20,000 nucleotides of DNA from Mayamaea pseudoterrestris (Eukaryota). The translations under genes and the position numbers were made by a program. The stretch covers positions 1,047,528 through 1,067,527 of the forward strand of contig BROI01000010.1 in NCBI GenBank assembly GCA_027923505.1, in the 5' to 3' direction. Within the stretch, counting starts at the first letter, position 1. Every line of letters begins with the position of its first letter. Under the pieces are notes generated by a model, which did not search any database, was not told the DNA's origin, and saw only the letters and a program-made list of their open reading frames with translations. This document shows, piece by piece, positions 7,801 to 20,000 of this stretch.

Positions 7801-10800
7801 CCAACACCACAAGTTGTTGATTCTGACCTGTCAAACGCCCCATGCCCTGGCCACCCAAATACCCAATGATTCAGGCCAAACATGTCCAGGGTATGCCATT
7901 GACAGGTGCAGAGTCTCAAATGGTGCAAAAAGGACTGCCCGGAGGCTGAAAACATGAATACGGCCTCCACTGTGGGTGTGCCAACACCACAAGTTGCAGA
8001 TTCTTCCCTGTCAAACGCCCCATGCCCTGGCCACCCAAATACCCAATGAGTCAGGCAAAACATGTCCAGGGTATGCCATTGACAGGTGCATAGTCTCAAA
8101 TGGTGCAAAAAGGACTGCCTGGAGGCTGACACCATGGGTACGGCCTCCACGGTGGGTATGGCCAACACCACAAGTTGCAGATTCTTCCCTGTCAAACGCC
8201 CCATGCCCTGGCCACCCAAATACCCAATGAGTCAGGCAAAACATGTCCAGGGTATGCCATTGACAGGTGCATAGTCTCAAATGGTGCAAAAAGGACTGCC
8301 TGGAGGCTGGCACCATGGGTACGTCCTCCACTGTGGGTATGGCCAACACCACAAGTTGCAGATTCTTCCCTATCAAATGCCTCATGCCCTGGCCACCCAA
8401 ATACCCTATGAATCAGGCCAAACATGTCCAGGGTATGCCATTGACAGGTGCAGAGTCTCAAATGGTGCAAAAAGGACTGCCTGGAGGCTGACACCATGGG
8501 TACGGCCTCCACGGTGCGTATGGCCAACACCACAAGTTGTCGATTCTGACCTGTCAAACGCCCCATGCCCTGGCGACCCAAATACCCAATGAGTCAGGCT
8601 AAACATGTCCAGGGTATGCCATTGACAGGTGCAGAGTCTCAAATGGTGCAAAAAGAACTGCCTGGAGGCTGACACCATGGGTACGGCCTCCACGGTGGGT
8701 ATGGCCAACACCACAAGTTGTCGATTCTGACCTGTCAAACGCCCCATGCCCTGGCCACCCAAATACCCAATGAGTCAGGCCAAACATGTCCAGGGTATGC
8801 CATTGACAGGTGCAGAGTCTCAAATGGTGCAAAAAGGACTGCCTGGAGGCTGACACCATGGGTACGGCCTCCACGGTGGGTATGGCCAACACCACAAGTT
8901 GTCGATTCTGCCCTGTCAAACGCCCCATGCCCTGGCCACCCAAATACCCAATGAGTCAGGCAAAACATGTCCAGGGTATGCCATTGACAGGTGCAGAGTC
9001 TCAAATGGTGCAAAAAGGACTGCCTGGAGGCTGACACCATGGGTACAGCCTCCACTGTGGGTATGGCCAACACCACAAGTTGCAGATTCTTCCCTGTCAA
9101 ACGCCCCATGCCCTGGCCACCCAAATACCCAATAATGCAGGCCAAACATGTCCAGGGTATGCCATTGACAGGTGCAGAGTCTCAAATGGTGCAAAAAGGA
9201 CTGCCTGGAGGCTGACACCATGAGTACGGCCTCCACGGTGGGTATGGCCAACACCACAAGTTGTCGATTCTGACCTGTCAAACGCCCCATGCCCTGGCCA
9301 CCCAAATACCCAATGAGTCAGGCCAAACATGTCCAGGGTATGCCATTGACAGGTGCAGTCTCAAATGGTGCAAAAAGGACTGCCTGGAGGCTGACACCAT
9401 GGGTACGGCCTCCACGGTGGGTATGGCCAACACCACAAGTTGTCGATTCTGACCTGTCAAACGCCCCATGCCCTGGCCACCCAAATACCCAATAATGCAG
9501 GCCAAACATGTCCAGGGTATGCCATTGACAGGTGCAGAGTCTCAAATGGTGCAAAAAGGACTGCCTGGAGGCTGACACCATGGGTACGGCCTCCACGGTG
9601 GGTATGGCCAACACCACAAGTTGCAGATTCTTCCCTGTCAAACGCCCCATGCCCTGGCCACCCAAATACCCAATGAGTCAGGCCAAACATGTCCAGGGTA
9701 TGGCATTGACAGGTGCAGAGTCTCAAATGGTGCAAAAAGGACTGCCTGGAGGCTGACACCATGGGTACGGCCTTCACGGTCCACGATGGGTATGGCCAAC
9801 ACCACAAGTTGTCGATTCTGACCTGTCAAACGCCCCATGCCCTGGCCACCCAAATACCCAATGAGTCAGGCAAAACATGTCCAGGGTATGCCATTGACAG
9901 GTGCAGAGTCTCAAATGGTGCAAAAAGGACTGCCTGGAGGCTGACACCATGGGTACGGCCTGCACGGTGGGTATGGCCAACACCACAAGTTGTCGATTCT
10001 GACCTGTCAAACGCCCCATGCCCTGGCCACCCAAATACCCAATGAGTCAGGCCAAACATGTCTAGGGTATGCCATTGACAGGTGCAGAGTCTCAAATGGT
10101 GCAAAAAGGACTGCCTGGAGGCTGACACCATGGGTACGGCCTCCACGGTGGGTATGGCCAACACCACAAGTTGTCGATTCTGACCTGTCAAACGCCCCAT
10201 GCCCTGGCCACCCAAACACCCAATGAGTCAGGCAAAACATGTCCAGGGTATGCCATTGACAGGTGCAGAGTCTCAAATGGTGCAAAAAGGACTGCCTGGA
10301 GGCTGACACCATGGGTACGGCCTCCACGGTGGGTATGGCCAACACCACAAGTTGTAGATTCTTCCGTGTCAAACGCCCCATGCCCCATGCCTGGCCACCA
10401 GTACCCAATGAGTCCAGGCAAAACATGTCAGGAGCATGCATGGACAGGTGCATAGTCTCAAATGGTGCAAGGACTGCCTGGAGGCTGACACCATGGAGTA
10501 CGGCCTCCACTGTGGGGTATGAGTCCAACACCACAAGTTGCAGATTCTTCCTTCCCTGTCAAACGCCCCATGCCTGGCCCCCAATGTAGGCAGGCAAAAC
10601 ATGTAGGGTGCCATTGACAGGTGCAGAGTCTCCAAATGGTGCAAAGGACTTGCCTGGAGGCTGAAAACATGTGCGGCCTACTGTAGGTATAGCCAGCACC
10701 ACAAGTTGCAGATTCTTCCTGTCTGGCCCCCCATGCCTAGCCACCCCAAATACCCAATTAGTCAGGCAAAACATGTCCAGGGTATGCCATTGACAGGTGC

Positions 10801-13800
10801 ATAGTCTCAAATGGTGCAAAAGGACTGCCTAGGCTGACACCATGGTGCGCCCAACCTGTCTAAGCCAACAGTCGTCTTCCCTGTCAAACGCCCCATGCCC
10901 TGGCCACCCAAATACCCAATGAGTCAGGCAAAACATGTCCAGGGTATGCTATTGGCAGGTGCATAGTCTCAAATGGTGCAAAAAGGACTGCCTGGAGGCT
11001 GACAACATATGTACGGCCTCCACTGTGGGATGGCCAACACCTGGGGTTGCAGGTCTTCCCTGTCCCCCCATGCCTGGCCACCCAAATAACCAATGAGTCA
11101 GGCAAAACATGTCCAGGGATGCCATTGACAGGTGCAGAGTCTCCAAATGGTGCAAAAGGACTGCCTGGAGGCTGACACATGGGTACGGCCTCTGTGGGTA
11201 TGGCCAACACCACAAGATTCAGATTCTTCCCTGTCAAACGCCCCATGCCCTGGCCAACCAAATACCCAATGAGTCCGGCAAAACATGTCCAGAGGGTATG
11301 CCATTGTTGAGTGCATAGTCTCAAATGGTGCAAAAAGGACTGCCTGGAGGCTGACAACATGGGTACGGCCTCCACTGTGGGTATGCCAACACCACAAGTT
11401 GCAGATTCTTCCCTGTCAAACGCCCCATGCCTATTGCCCAAATACCCAATAGGTCAGGCAAAGAAACATGTCAGGGATGTCATTGACAGGTGCAGAGTCT
11501 CAAATGGTGCAAAAGGACTGCCTATAGGCTGAAAACATGATCACAACCTCCATATTAGGTATGACCAACACCACAAGTTGCAGATTCTTCTGTCAAACGC
11601 CCCATGCCCTGGCCCACCCAAATACCCAATGAGTCAGGTAAAACATATGGTATGATTGGCGGGTGCAGAGTCTTCACACGTGGTGCAAGGGGACTGCCTG
11701 GGGCTGAGAACATAGATGCGGCCTCCACTGTGGGTATAGTCTTTGCAGGTTGCAGATTCTTCCTGTCCAACGCCCCCATGCCCTGGCCACCCAAATACCC
11801 AATATGGGTCCAGGCAAAACATCTAGGGATGCTAGGTGACAGTGCAGAGGTGGAAATGGTGCAAGGACTGCCTGGAGGCTGAAAACATGGGTGGGCTCCA
11901 CTGTGGGTATGGCCAACACACAAGTTGCAGATTCTTCCCTGTCAGCATTGCATGCCCTGTCCACCCAAATACCCATGGAGTCAGGCAAAACATGTCCAGG
12001 GTATAATTTGACAGGTGCATAGTCTCAAATGGTGCAAAGGACTGCCTGGAAGGCTGACACCATGGAGTACGGCCTCTGTGGGTATCCAACACCACAAGTT
12101 GCTGGGTTCTCCACCTGTCAAGCAGCATGCCCTGGCCACCCAAATACCCAATGAGTCAGGGCAAACATCTAGGTATGCCATTGACAGGTGCAGAGTCTCA
12201 AATGGTGCAAGTTCCTGGGCTGAATGAGTGACCTCCACTGTGGGTATGGCCAACTACCATAGAGTTGCAGATTCTTCTGTCAAACGTATCCTGGCCACCC
12301 AAATACCCAATGAGTCAGGCAAAACATAGGGTATGCCGACAGTGAGTGCATAGTCTCGAATGGTGCAAGGACTGATTGGGGCTGACAGGTGAACCAGGGT
12401 ACGGCCCCACTGTGGGTATGCCAACACCACAAGTTGCAGATTCTTCCCTGTCAAACGCCATGCCCTGGCCACCCAAATACCCAATGAGTCAAGCAAACAT
12501 GTGGCAAAACATCCAGGGTATGCCATTGACAGGTTAGTCTCAAATGGTGCAAAAGGGATCGCTGAGGTGACAAATGGGTACGGGTACTGTGGGTATGGGC
12601 CAACACCATGTTGCAGATTCATCCTCGTCAAACGCCCCATGCCCTGGCCACCCAAATACCCAATGAGTCAGGCAAACATGTCCAGGGGATGCCATTGACA
12701 GGTGCAGAGTCCTGAATGGTGCAAAAGGACTGCCTGGGCTGACAACATGGGTACGGCTCTCCACTGTGGGTGGTATGGCCAACACCACAAGTTGCAGATT
12801 CACTGTCAAACGCCCCATGCCCTGGCCACCCAAATACCCAAAGTCTCAAATGGTGCAAAAAGGACTGCCTGGAGGCTGACAACATGGGTACGGCCTCCAC
12901 TGTGGGTATGCCAACACCACAAGTTGCAGATTCTTCCCTGTCAAACGCCCCATGCCTATTGCCCAAATACCCAATAGGTCAGGCAAAGAAACATGTCAGG
13001 GATGTCATTGACAGGTGCAGAGTCTCAAATGGTGCAAAAGGACTGCCTATAGGCTGAAAACATGATCACAACCTCCATATTAGGTATGACCAACACCACA
13101 AGTTGCAGATTCTTCTGTCAAACGCCCCATGCCCTGGCCCACCCAAATACCCAATGAGTCAGGTAAAACATATGGTATGATTGGCGGGTGCAGAGTCTTC
13201 ACACGTGGTGCAAGGGGACTGCCTGGGGCTGAGAACATAGATGCGGCCTCCACTGTGGGTATAGTCTTTGCAGGTTGCAGATTCTTCCTGTCCAACGCCC
13301 CCATGCCCTGGCCACCCAAATACCCAATATGGGTCCAGGCAAAACATCTAGGGATGCTAGGTGACAGTGCAGAGGTGGAAATGGTGCAAGGACTGCCTGG
13401 AGGCTGAAAACATGGGTGGGCTCCACTGTGGGTATGGCCAACACACAAGTTGCAGATTCTTCCCTGTCAGCATTGCATGCCCTGTCCACCCAAATACCCA
13501 TGGAGTCAGGCAAAACATGTCCAGGGTATAATTTGACAGGTGCATAGTCTCAAATGGTGCAAAGGACTGCCTGGAAGGCTGACACCATGGAGTACGGCCT
13601 CTGTGGGTATCCAACACCACAAGTTGCTGGGTTCTCCACCTGTCAAGCAGCATGCCCTGGCCACCCAAATACCCAATGAGTCAGGGCAAACATCTAGGTA
13701 TGCCATTGACAGGTGCAGAGTCTCAAATGGTGCAAGTTCCTGGGCTGAATGAGTGACCTCCACTGTGGGTATGGCCAACTACCATAGAGTTGCAGATTCT

Positions 13801-16800
13801 TCTGTCAAACGTATCCTGGCCACCCAAATACCCAATGAGTCAGGCAAAACATAGGGTATGCCGACAGTGAGTGCATAGTCTCGAATGGTGCAAGGACTGA
13901 TTGGGGCTGACAGGTGAACCAGGGTACGGCCCCACTGTGGGTATGCCAACACCACAAGTTGCAGATTCTTCCCTGTCAAACGCCATGCCCTGGCCACCCA
14001 AATACCCAATGAGTCAAGCAAACATGTGGCAAAACATCCAGGGTATGCCATTGACAGGTTAGTCTCAAATGGTGCAAAAGGGATCGCTGAGGTGACAAAT
14101 GGGTACGGGTACTGTGGGTATGGGCCAACACCATGTTGCAGATTCATCCTCGTCAAACGCCCCATGCCCTGGCCACCCAAATACCCAATGAGTCAGGCAA
14201 ACATGTCCAGGGGATGCCATTGACAGGTGCAGAGTCCTGAATGGTGCAAAAGGACTGCCTGGGCTGACAACATGGGTACGGCTCTCCACTGTGGGTGGTA
14301 TGGCCAACACCACAAGTTGCAGATTCACTGTCAAACGCCCCATGCCCTGGCCACCCAAATACCCAAAATGTCCGTAGGCCATATTACAGGCAGAGTCTCA
14401 AATGGTGCAAAAGGACTGCCTGAGGCTGGAAGGCACGGCCTCCACTGTGGGTATGGCCAACACAGTTGCAGATTCTTCCCTGTCAAACGCCCCATGCCCT
14501 GGCCACAAATACCAAAGTCAGGGTCCAGGGTATGCCATTGACAGGTGCATAGTCTCAAATGGTGAAAGGACTGCTCGTATCCACTTGGGTATGGCCAACA
14601 CTCACAAGTTGCAGATTCTTCCCTGTCAAACGCTCTGGCCACCCAAATACCCAATGAGTCAGGCAAAATGTCCAGGGTATGCCATTGACAGGTGCATAGT
14701 CTCAATGGTGCAAAAAGGACTGCCTGGAGGCTGACAAATATGAGTACGGGCCTCCACTGTGGGTATGGCCAACACCACATGAGATTCATCCCTGTCAAAA
14801 GGTTTGGCCACCCAAATACCCAATGAGTCAGGCAAACATGTCCAGGGTAAGCCATTGACAGGTATAGTCTCAAATGGTGCAAAAGGACTGCCTGAGTGCT
14901 GAAAATGCGGGTACGTCTCCACTGTGGGTATGGCCAACACCACAAGTTGCAGATTCATCCCTGTCAAACGCCACGCCCTGGCCACCCAACACCCAATGAA
15001 ATAATGTCCAGGGATGCCATTGACAGGTGCATAGTCTCAAATGGTGCAAAGGATCAAGGAGGCTGACAACATGGGCACGGCTCCACTGGGTGGGTATGGG
15101 CCAACACCACAAGGCAGATTCTTCCCTCAAAGCCCATGCCTGGCCACCCAAATACCCAATGAGTCAGGGCAAAACATGTCCCGGGTGATGAGAGTCTCAA
15201 ATGGTGCAAAAAGGACTGCTGGAGGCTGACACCATGGGTACGGCCTCCACTGTGGGTATGCCAACACCACAAGTTGCAGATTTCTGTCAAACGCCCATGC
15301 CCTACACCCAAATACTCCAATGAGTCAAGCTAAACATGGCAAAACATGTCCAGGGTATGCCATTGACAGGCATAGTCTCAAATGCAAAGGACTGCCTGGA
15401 GGCTGACAACATGGGTATTTGCCTCTCCACTGTGGGTATGGCCAACACCACAAGCTGCAGATTCATCCCTGTCAAACGCCCCATGCCCTGGCCACACCCA
15501 AATACCCAATGGGAAACATAGTCCAGATGCCATTGACAGGTGCAGAGTCTCATGGTGCAAAAGGACTGCCTGGAGGCTGACAACATGGGTACGGCCTCCA
15601 CTGTGGGTATGGCCAACACCACAAGTTGCAGATTCTTCCCAGTCAAACGCCCCCATGCCAATCCAAATACCCAATGAGTCGGGCAAAACATGTCCAGGGT
15701 ATTGACAGGTGCAGAGTCTCAAATGGTGTAAAAGGACTGCCTGAGGCTGAAACAGGCACGGGTACTGTGGGTATGGCCAACACCACAAGCTGCAAGATTC
15801 TTCCCTGTCAAACGCCCCATGCCCTGGCTAATCTAAATACCCAATGAGTCAGGGCAAAACATGTCCAGGGGAATGCCATTGACAGGTGCAGAGTCTCAAA
15901 TGGTGCAAAAGATTGCTGGAGGCTGACAACATGGGAGGCTCCATGGGTATGGCCAAACACTAAGTTGCAGATTCTTCCCTGTCAAACGCCCCATGCCCTG
16001 GCCAACCAAATACCCAATGAGTCAGGCAAACATGTCCCGGTAGGTCATTGACAGGTGCAGAGTCTCAAATGTGGTGCAAAAGGACTGCCTGAGGCTGACA
16101 CCTGGGTACGGGCCTCTGGGTCAAAAAGTTAGATTCTCCCTGTAAACGCCCCATGCCTGGCACCAAAAAGTCAAGTAAAGTGGCAACACATGTCCAGGGG
16201 ATGCCGTTGACAGGTGCAGAGCTCAAATGGTGCAAAAAGGACTGCTGGAGGCTGAAACATGGGACGGCTCCACTGTGTGGTATGGCCAACACCACAAGTT
16301 GATCTGTCAAACGCCCCATGCCCTGGCTACCCAAAAAACTAATGAGTCAGGCAAAACATGTCCAGGGGATGATTGAGCCAGGTGTGCAGAGTCCAATGGT
16401 GAAAGGATGCTGGGAGGTGAACCTGGGTACGTCCATGGGTATGGGCCAACACCACAAGTTGCAGATTCTTCCTGTCACATTCCGGCCACCAAATAAGTCA
16501 GAAAAATGTCAGGGGGAGCTGGGAAGGTGCAGAGTCCTCAATTGCAAAAAGGACCGTCGAGACGACAAATGGGTAGGCCATGTGGGTATGCAACACCACA
16601 AGTTGCAGATTCTCCTGTCAAACGCCCCCATGCCCTGGCCACCCAAATACCCAATGAGTCAGGAACCATGTCCAGGGGATGCCATTGACAGGTGCAGGGA
16701 GTCTCAAATGGTGCAAAAGGACTGCTGAGGTGACAACATGGTACGGCCTCCACTGTGGGTATGCCAACACCACAAGTTGCAGATTCTTCCCTGTCAAACG

Positions 16801-19800
16801 CCCCATGCCCTGGCTTCACCCAAATACCCAATGAGTAGGCAAACATGTCCAGGGTAGGCCATTGACAGGTGCATAGTCTCAAATGGTGCAAAAGGGATCG
16901 TCTGGAGGCTGACAACATGGTACCTCCATGGTATGGCCAACACCACAAGTTGCAGATTCTTCCCTGTCAAACCCCCATGCTGGTACACCAAACAATGAGT
17001 CAGGCAAAACATGTCCAGGGGATGCATTGACAGGTGCAGAGTCTCAAATGGTGCAAAAGGACTGCCTGAGGTGACACCATGGTACGGCCTCCACTGTGGG
17101 TATGGGCAACCACAAGTTGCAGATTCTTCCTGTCAAACCCATGCCCTGGGCCACCCAAATACCCAATGAGTCAGGCAAAAATATCCAGGGGATGCCATTG
17201 ACAGGTGCAGACCAAATGGTGCAAAAGGACTGCCTGGAGGCTGACAACATGGGTATGGCTCTCCACTGTGGGTATGGCCAACACCACAAGTTGCAGATTC
17301 CCTGTCAAACGCCATGGGCCACCCAAATACCCAATGAGTCAGGCAAAACATGTCCAGGGGATGCCATTGACAGGTGCAGAGTCTCAAATGGTGCAAAAGG
17401 ACTGCCTGAGGTGACAACATGGGCCCGCCTCCACTGTGGGTATGGCCAACACCACAAGTGCAGATTCTTCCTTGTCAAACGCCACATGCCGGCCACAAAT
17501 ACCCAATGAGTCAGGCAAAACATGTCCAGGGCAGGCCATTGACAGGTGCAGAGTCTCAAATGGTGCAAAAGGACTGCCTGAGGCTGACAACATGTCCCAG
17601 TGGGTTGGCAAAAAGTTGCAGACTTCCTCAAACGCCCATGCTGGCTACCCAAAACAGAGTCAGGCAAAACATGTCCCGGGTAGGCCATTGACAGGTGCAT
17701 AGTCTCCAATGGAAAAGGAGGGAGGGTGAACCATGGGCACGCCCCACTGTGGGTATGCCAAACACAAGTTGATGATCTTCCTGTCAAACGCCCCATGCGG
17801 GCACCAAAACCAAGAGTCAGAAAACATGTCCAGGGTATTGACAGGTGTAGAGTCTCTGGTGAAAAGGACCCTGAGGCTGACAACATGGTATGGCTCCATG
17901 TGGGTATGGCCAACACCACAAGTTGCAGATTTCTGTCAAACGCCATGCCCCATACCCAATGAGTCAGGGAAAACAGTCAGGGGATGCCATTGACAGGTGC
18001 ATAGTTCAATGGTGCAAAAAGGATGCCTGAGGTGACAACAGGCACCTCCACGTGGGTATGGCAATTCACCACAAGTTGCAGATTCTTCCCTGTCAAACGC
18101 CCCATGCCCGGCCACCCAAATACCCAATGAGTCGCAAAACATGTCCGGGGTATGCCATTGACAGGTGCATAGTCTCAAATGGTGCAAAAGGCCTGCCTGG
18201 AGGCTGACAACCTGGGTACGGCCCCCACTGTGGGTATGGCCAACACCACAAGTTGCAGATTCTTCCCTGTCAAACGCCCCATGCCCTGGCCACCCAAATA
18301 CCCAATGAGTCAGGCAAAACATGTCCAGGGTATGCCATTGAAAAGTGCAGAGTCTCAAATGGTGCAAAAAGGACTGCCTGAAGGCTGACAACTGGGTACG
18401 GCCCCACTGTGGGTTGGCCAACACACAAGTTGCAGATTCTTCCTGTCAAACGCCCCATGCCCGGGCCACCCAAATACCCAATAGTCGGCAAAACATGTCC
18501 AGGGGTATGCCATTGACAGGTGCAGAGTTCTGGTGCAAAAAGGACTGCCTCGAGGCTGACAACATGGGTACGGCCCCACTGTGGGTATGGCCAACACCAC
18601 AAGTTGCAGATTCATCCTGTCAAATGCCCCATGCCCTGGCCACCCAAATAACAAGAGTCAGGCAAAACATGTCCAGGGGATGCCTATGACAGGTGCAGAG
18701 TCTCAAATGGTGCAAAAAGGACTGCCTCGAGGCTGACAACAGGGCCTCCACTGTGGGTATGGCCAACACCACAAGTTGCAGATTCTTCCCTGTCAAACGC
18801 CCCATGCCCTGGCCACCCAAATACCCAATGAGTCAGGCAAAACATGTCCAGGGGATGCATGACAGGTGCATAGTCTCAAATGGTGCAAAAAGGACTGCCT
18901 GGAGGCTGACACCATGGGTACGGCCTCCACTGTGGGTATGGCCAACACCACAAGTTGCAGATTCTTCCCTGTCAAACCCCCCATGCCCTGGCCACCCAAG
19001 TACCCAATGAGTCAGGCAAAACATGTCCAGGGTATGCCATTGACAGGTGCATAGTCTCAAATGGTGCAAAAAGGACTGCTGGAGGCTGACAACATGGGTA
19101 CGCCCACTGTGGTTGGCCAACACCACAAGTTGCAATTCCTGTCAAACGCCCCATGCCCTGGCACCCAAATACCCAATGAGTCAGGGAAACATGTCCAGGG
19201 ATGCATTGACAGGTGCATAGTCTCAATGGTGCAAAAGGACTGCGGAGGCTGACAACATGGGTAGGGCCTCCACTGTGGGTATGGCCAACACCACAAGTTG
19301 CAGATTCTTCCCTGTCAAACGCCCCATGCCCTGGCCACCCAAAAACCCTGTCAGGCAAAACATGTCCAGGGATGCCATTGACAGGTGCATAGTCTCAAAT
19401 GGTGCAAAAGGACTGCCTGGAGGTTGACACCTGGGTACTCCACTGTGGGTATGCCAACACCAAAGTTGCAGATTCCCTGTCAAACGCCTGCTGGTCACCC
19501 AAATACCCAATGAGTCAGGCAAAACATGTCCAGGGGATGCCATTGACAGGTGCATAGTCTCAATGGTGCAAAAAGGATGCCTGAGGCTGACAACAGGGTA
19601 GGCCCATGTGGGTCGATGGCCACCACCACAAGTTGCAGATTCTTCCCGTCAAAAGCCGAATAAATGAGTCAGGAAAGTCCAGGGTATGATTGAAGGTGAT
19701 AGTCTCAAATGGTGCAAAAAGGAGCGGAGGCTGACACAGGGAGGCCTCCAGTGGTATGGCCAACAACAAGTTGAGATTTGTCAAACGCCCATGTGGCCAC

Positions 19801-20000
19801 CAATACCCAATGAGTCAGGAAACATGTCCAGGGATGCCATGACGGAGCCAAATGGTGCAAAAAGGACTGCCTGGAGGCTGAAAACAATGGGTACGCAGTG
19901 GGTTGGCCAACACCACAAGTTGCAGATTCTTCCTGTCAAACGCCCCATGCCCTGGCCAAATTCAAATACCCAATGAGTCAGGCAAAACATGTCCAGGTTA
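4814..20000. repeat. 181-bp tandem satellite array, about 85 copies, continuing beyond the window
   Basis: GGTATGCCATTGACAGG recurs at 4814, 4995 and onward (period 181). Consensus: ggtatgccattgacaggtgcagagtctcaaatggtgcaaaaaggactgcctggaggctgacaccatgggtacggcctccactgtgggtatggccaacaccacaagttgcagattcttccctgtcaaacgccccatgccctggccacccaaatacccaatgagtcaggcaaaacatgtccag. Copy number is estimated from length divided by period. Confidence 0.99.
11317..14366. repeat. Apparently exact 1525-bp tandem duplication within the satellite (11317-12841 = 12842-14366)
   Basis: Identical ORF translations are offset by 1525 (e.g. 11555/13080, 11604/13129, 12254/13779). Private variants such as cctataggctgaaaacatgatcacaacctccatattagg appear twice. 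The junction ...aaatacccaa|agtctcaaat at 12841/12842 skips part of a monomer. Confidence 0.95.

Noticed and set aside
4814..10380. CRISPR-like regular periodicity
   Set aside because: The whole unit is repeated with no unique spacers, there are no cas genes, and the context is eukaryotic.
4740..20000. Numerous 60-210 aa ORFs on both strands in the array
   Set aside because: They are translations of the 181-bp repeat (3n+1, so the frame shifts each unit), with no domain motifs and freely tolerated indels.

Overview
Eukaryotic DNA with two parts. (1) Positions 1-~4813 are the 3' portion of a Ty1/copia LTR retrotransposon on the + strand, with domain order PR - GAG-pre-integrase - IN - RT - RNaseH. 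Its motifs resemble diatom/stramenopile CoDi-type copia elements; this is recall-based inference. Pol is broken by an apparent deletion/frameshift at ~2256 and is followed by a polypurine tract and a short putative 3' LTR segment. (2) Positions 4814-20000 are a head-to-tail tandem array of a 181-bp satellite, roughly 85 copies, running off the window end. It is very homogeneous to ~10380 and indel-rich after that, probably from unpolished long-read sequence, and includes an apparently exact 1525-bp tandem duplication. The main observations are as follows. The PPT core CGAGGGAG recurs four times inside the IN-RT linker (candidate central PPTs). The post-PPT segment is loosely colinear with the satellite monomer (LTR-derived satellite, or consensus artefact). 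The monomer is a degenerate palindrome with two dyad centres and carries a canonical G4/i-motif sequence. All ORFs in the array are considered spurious.
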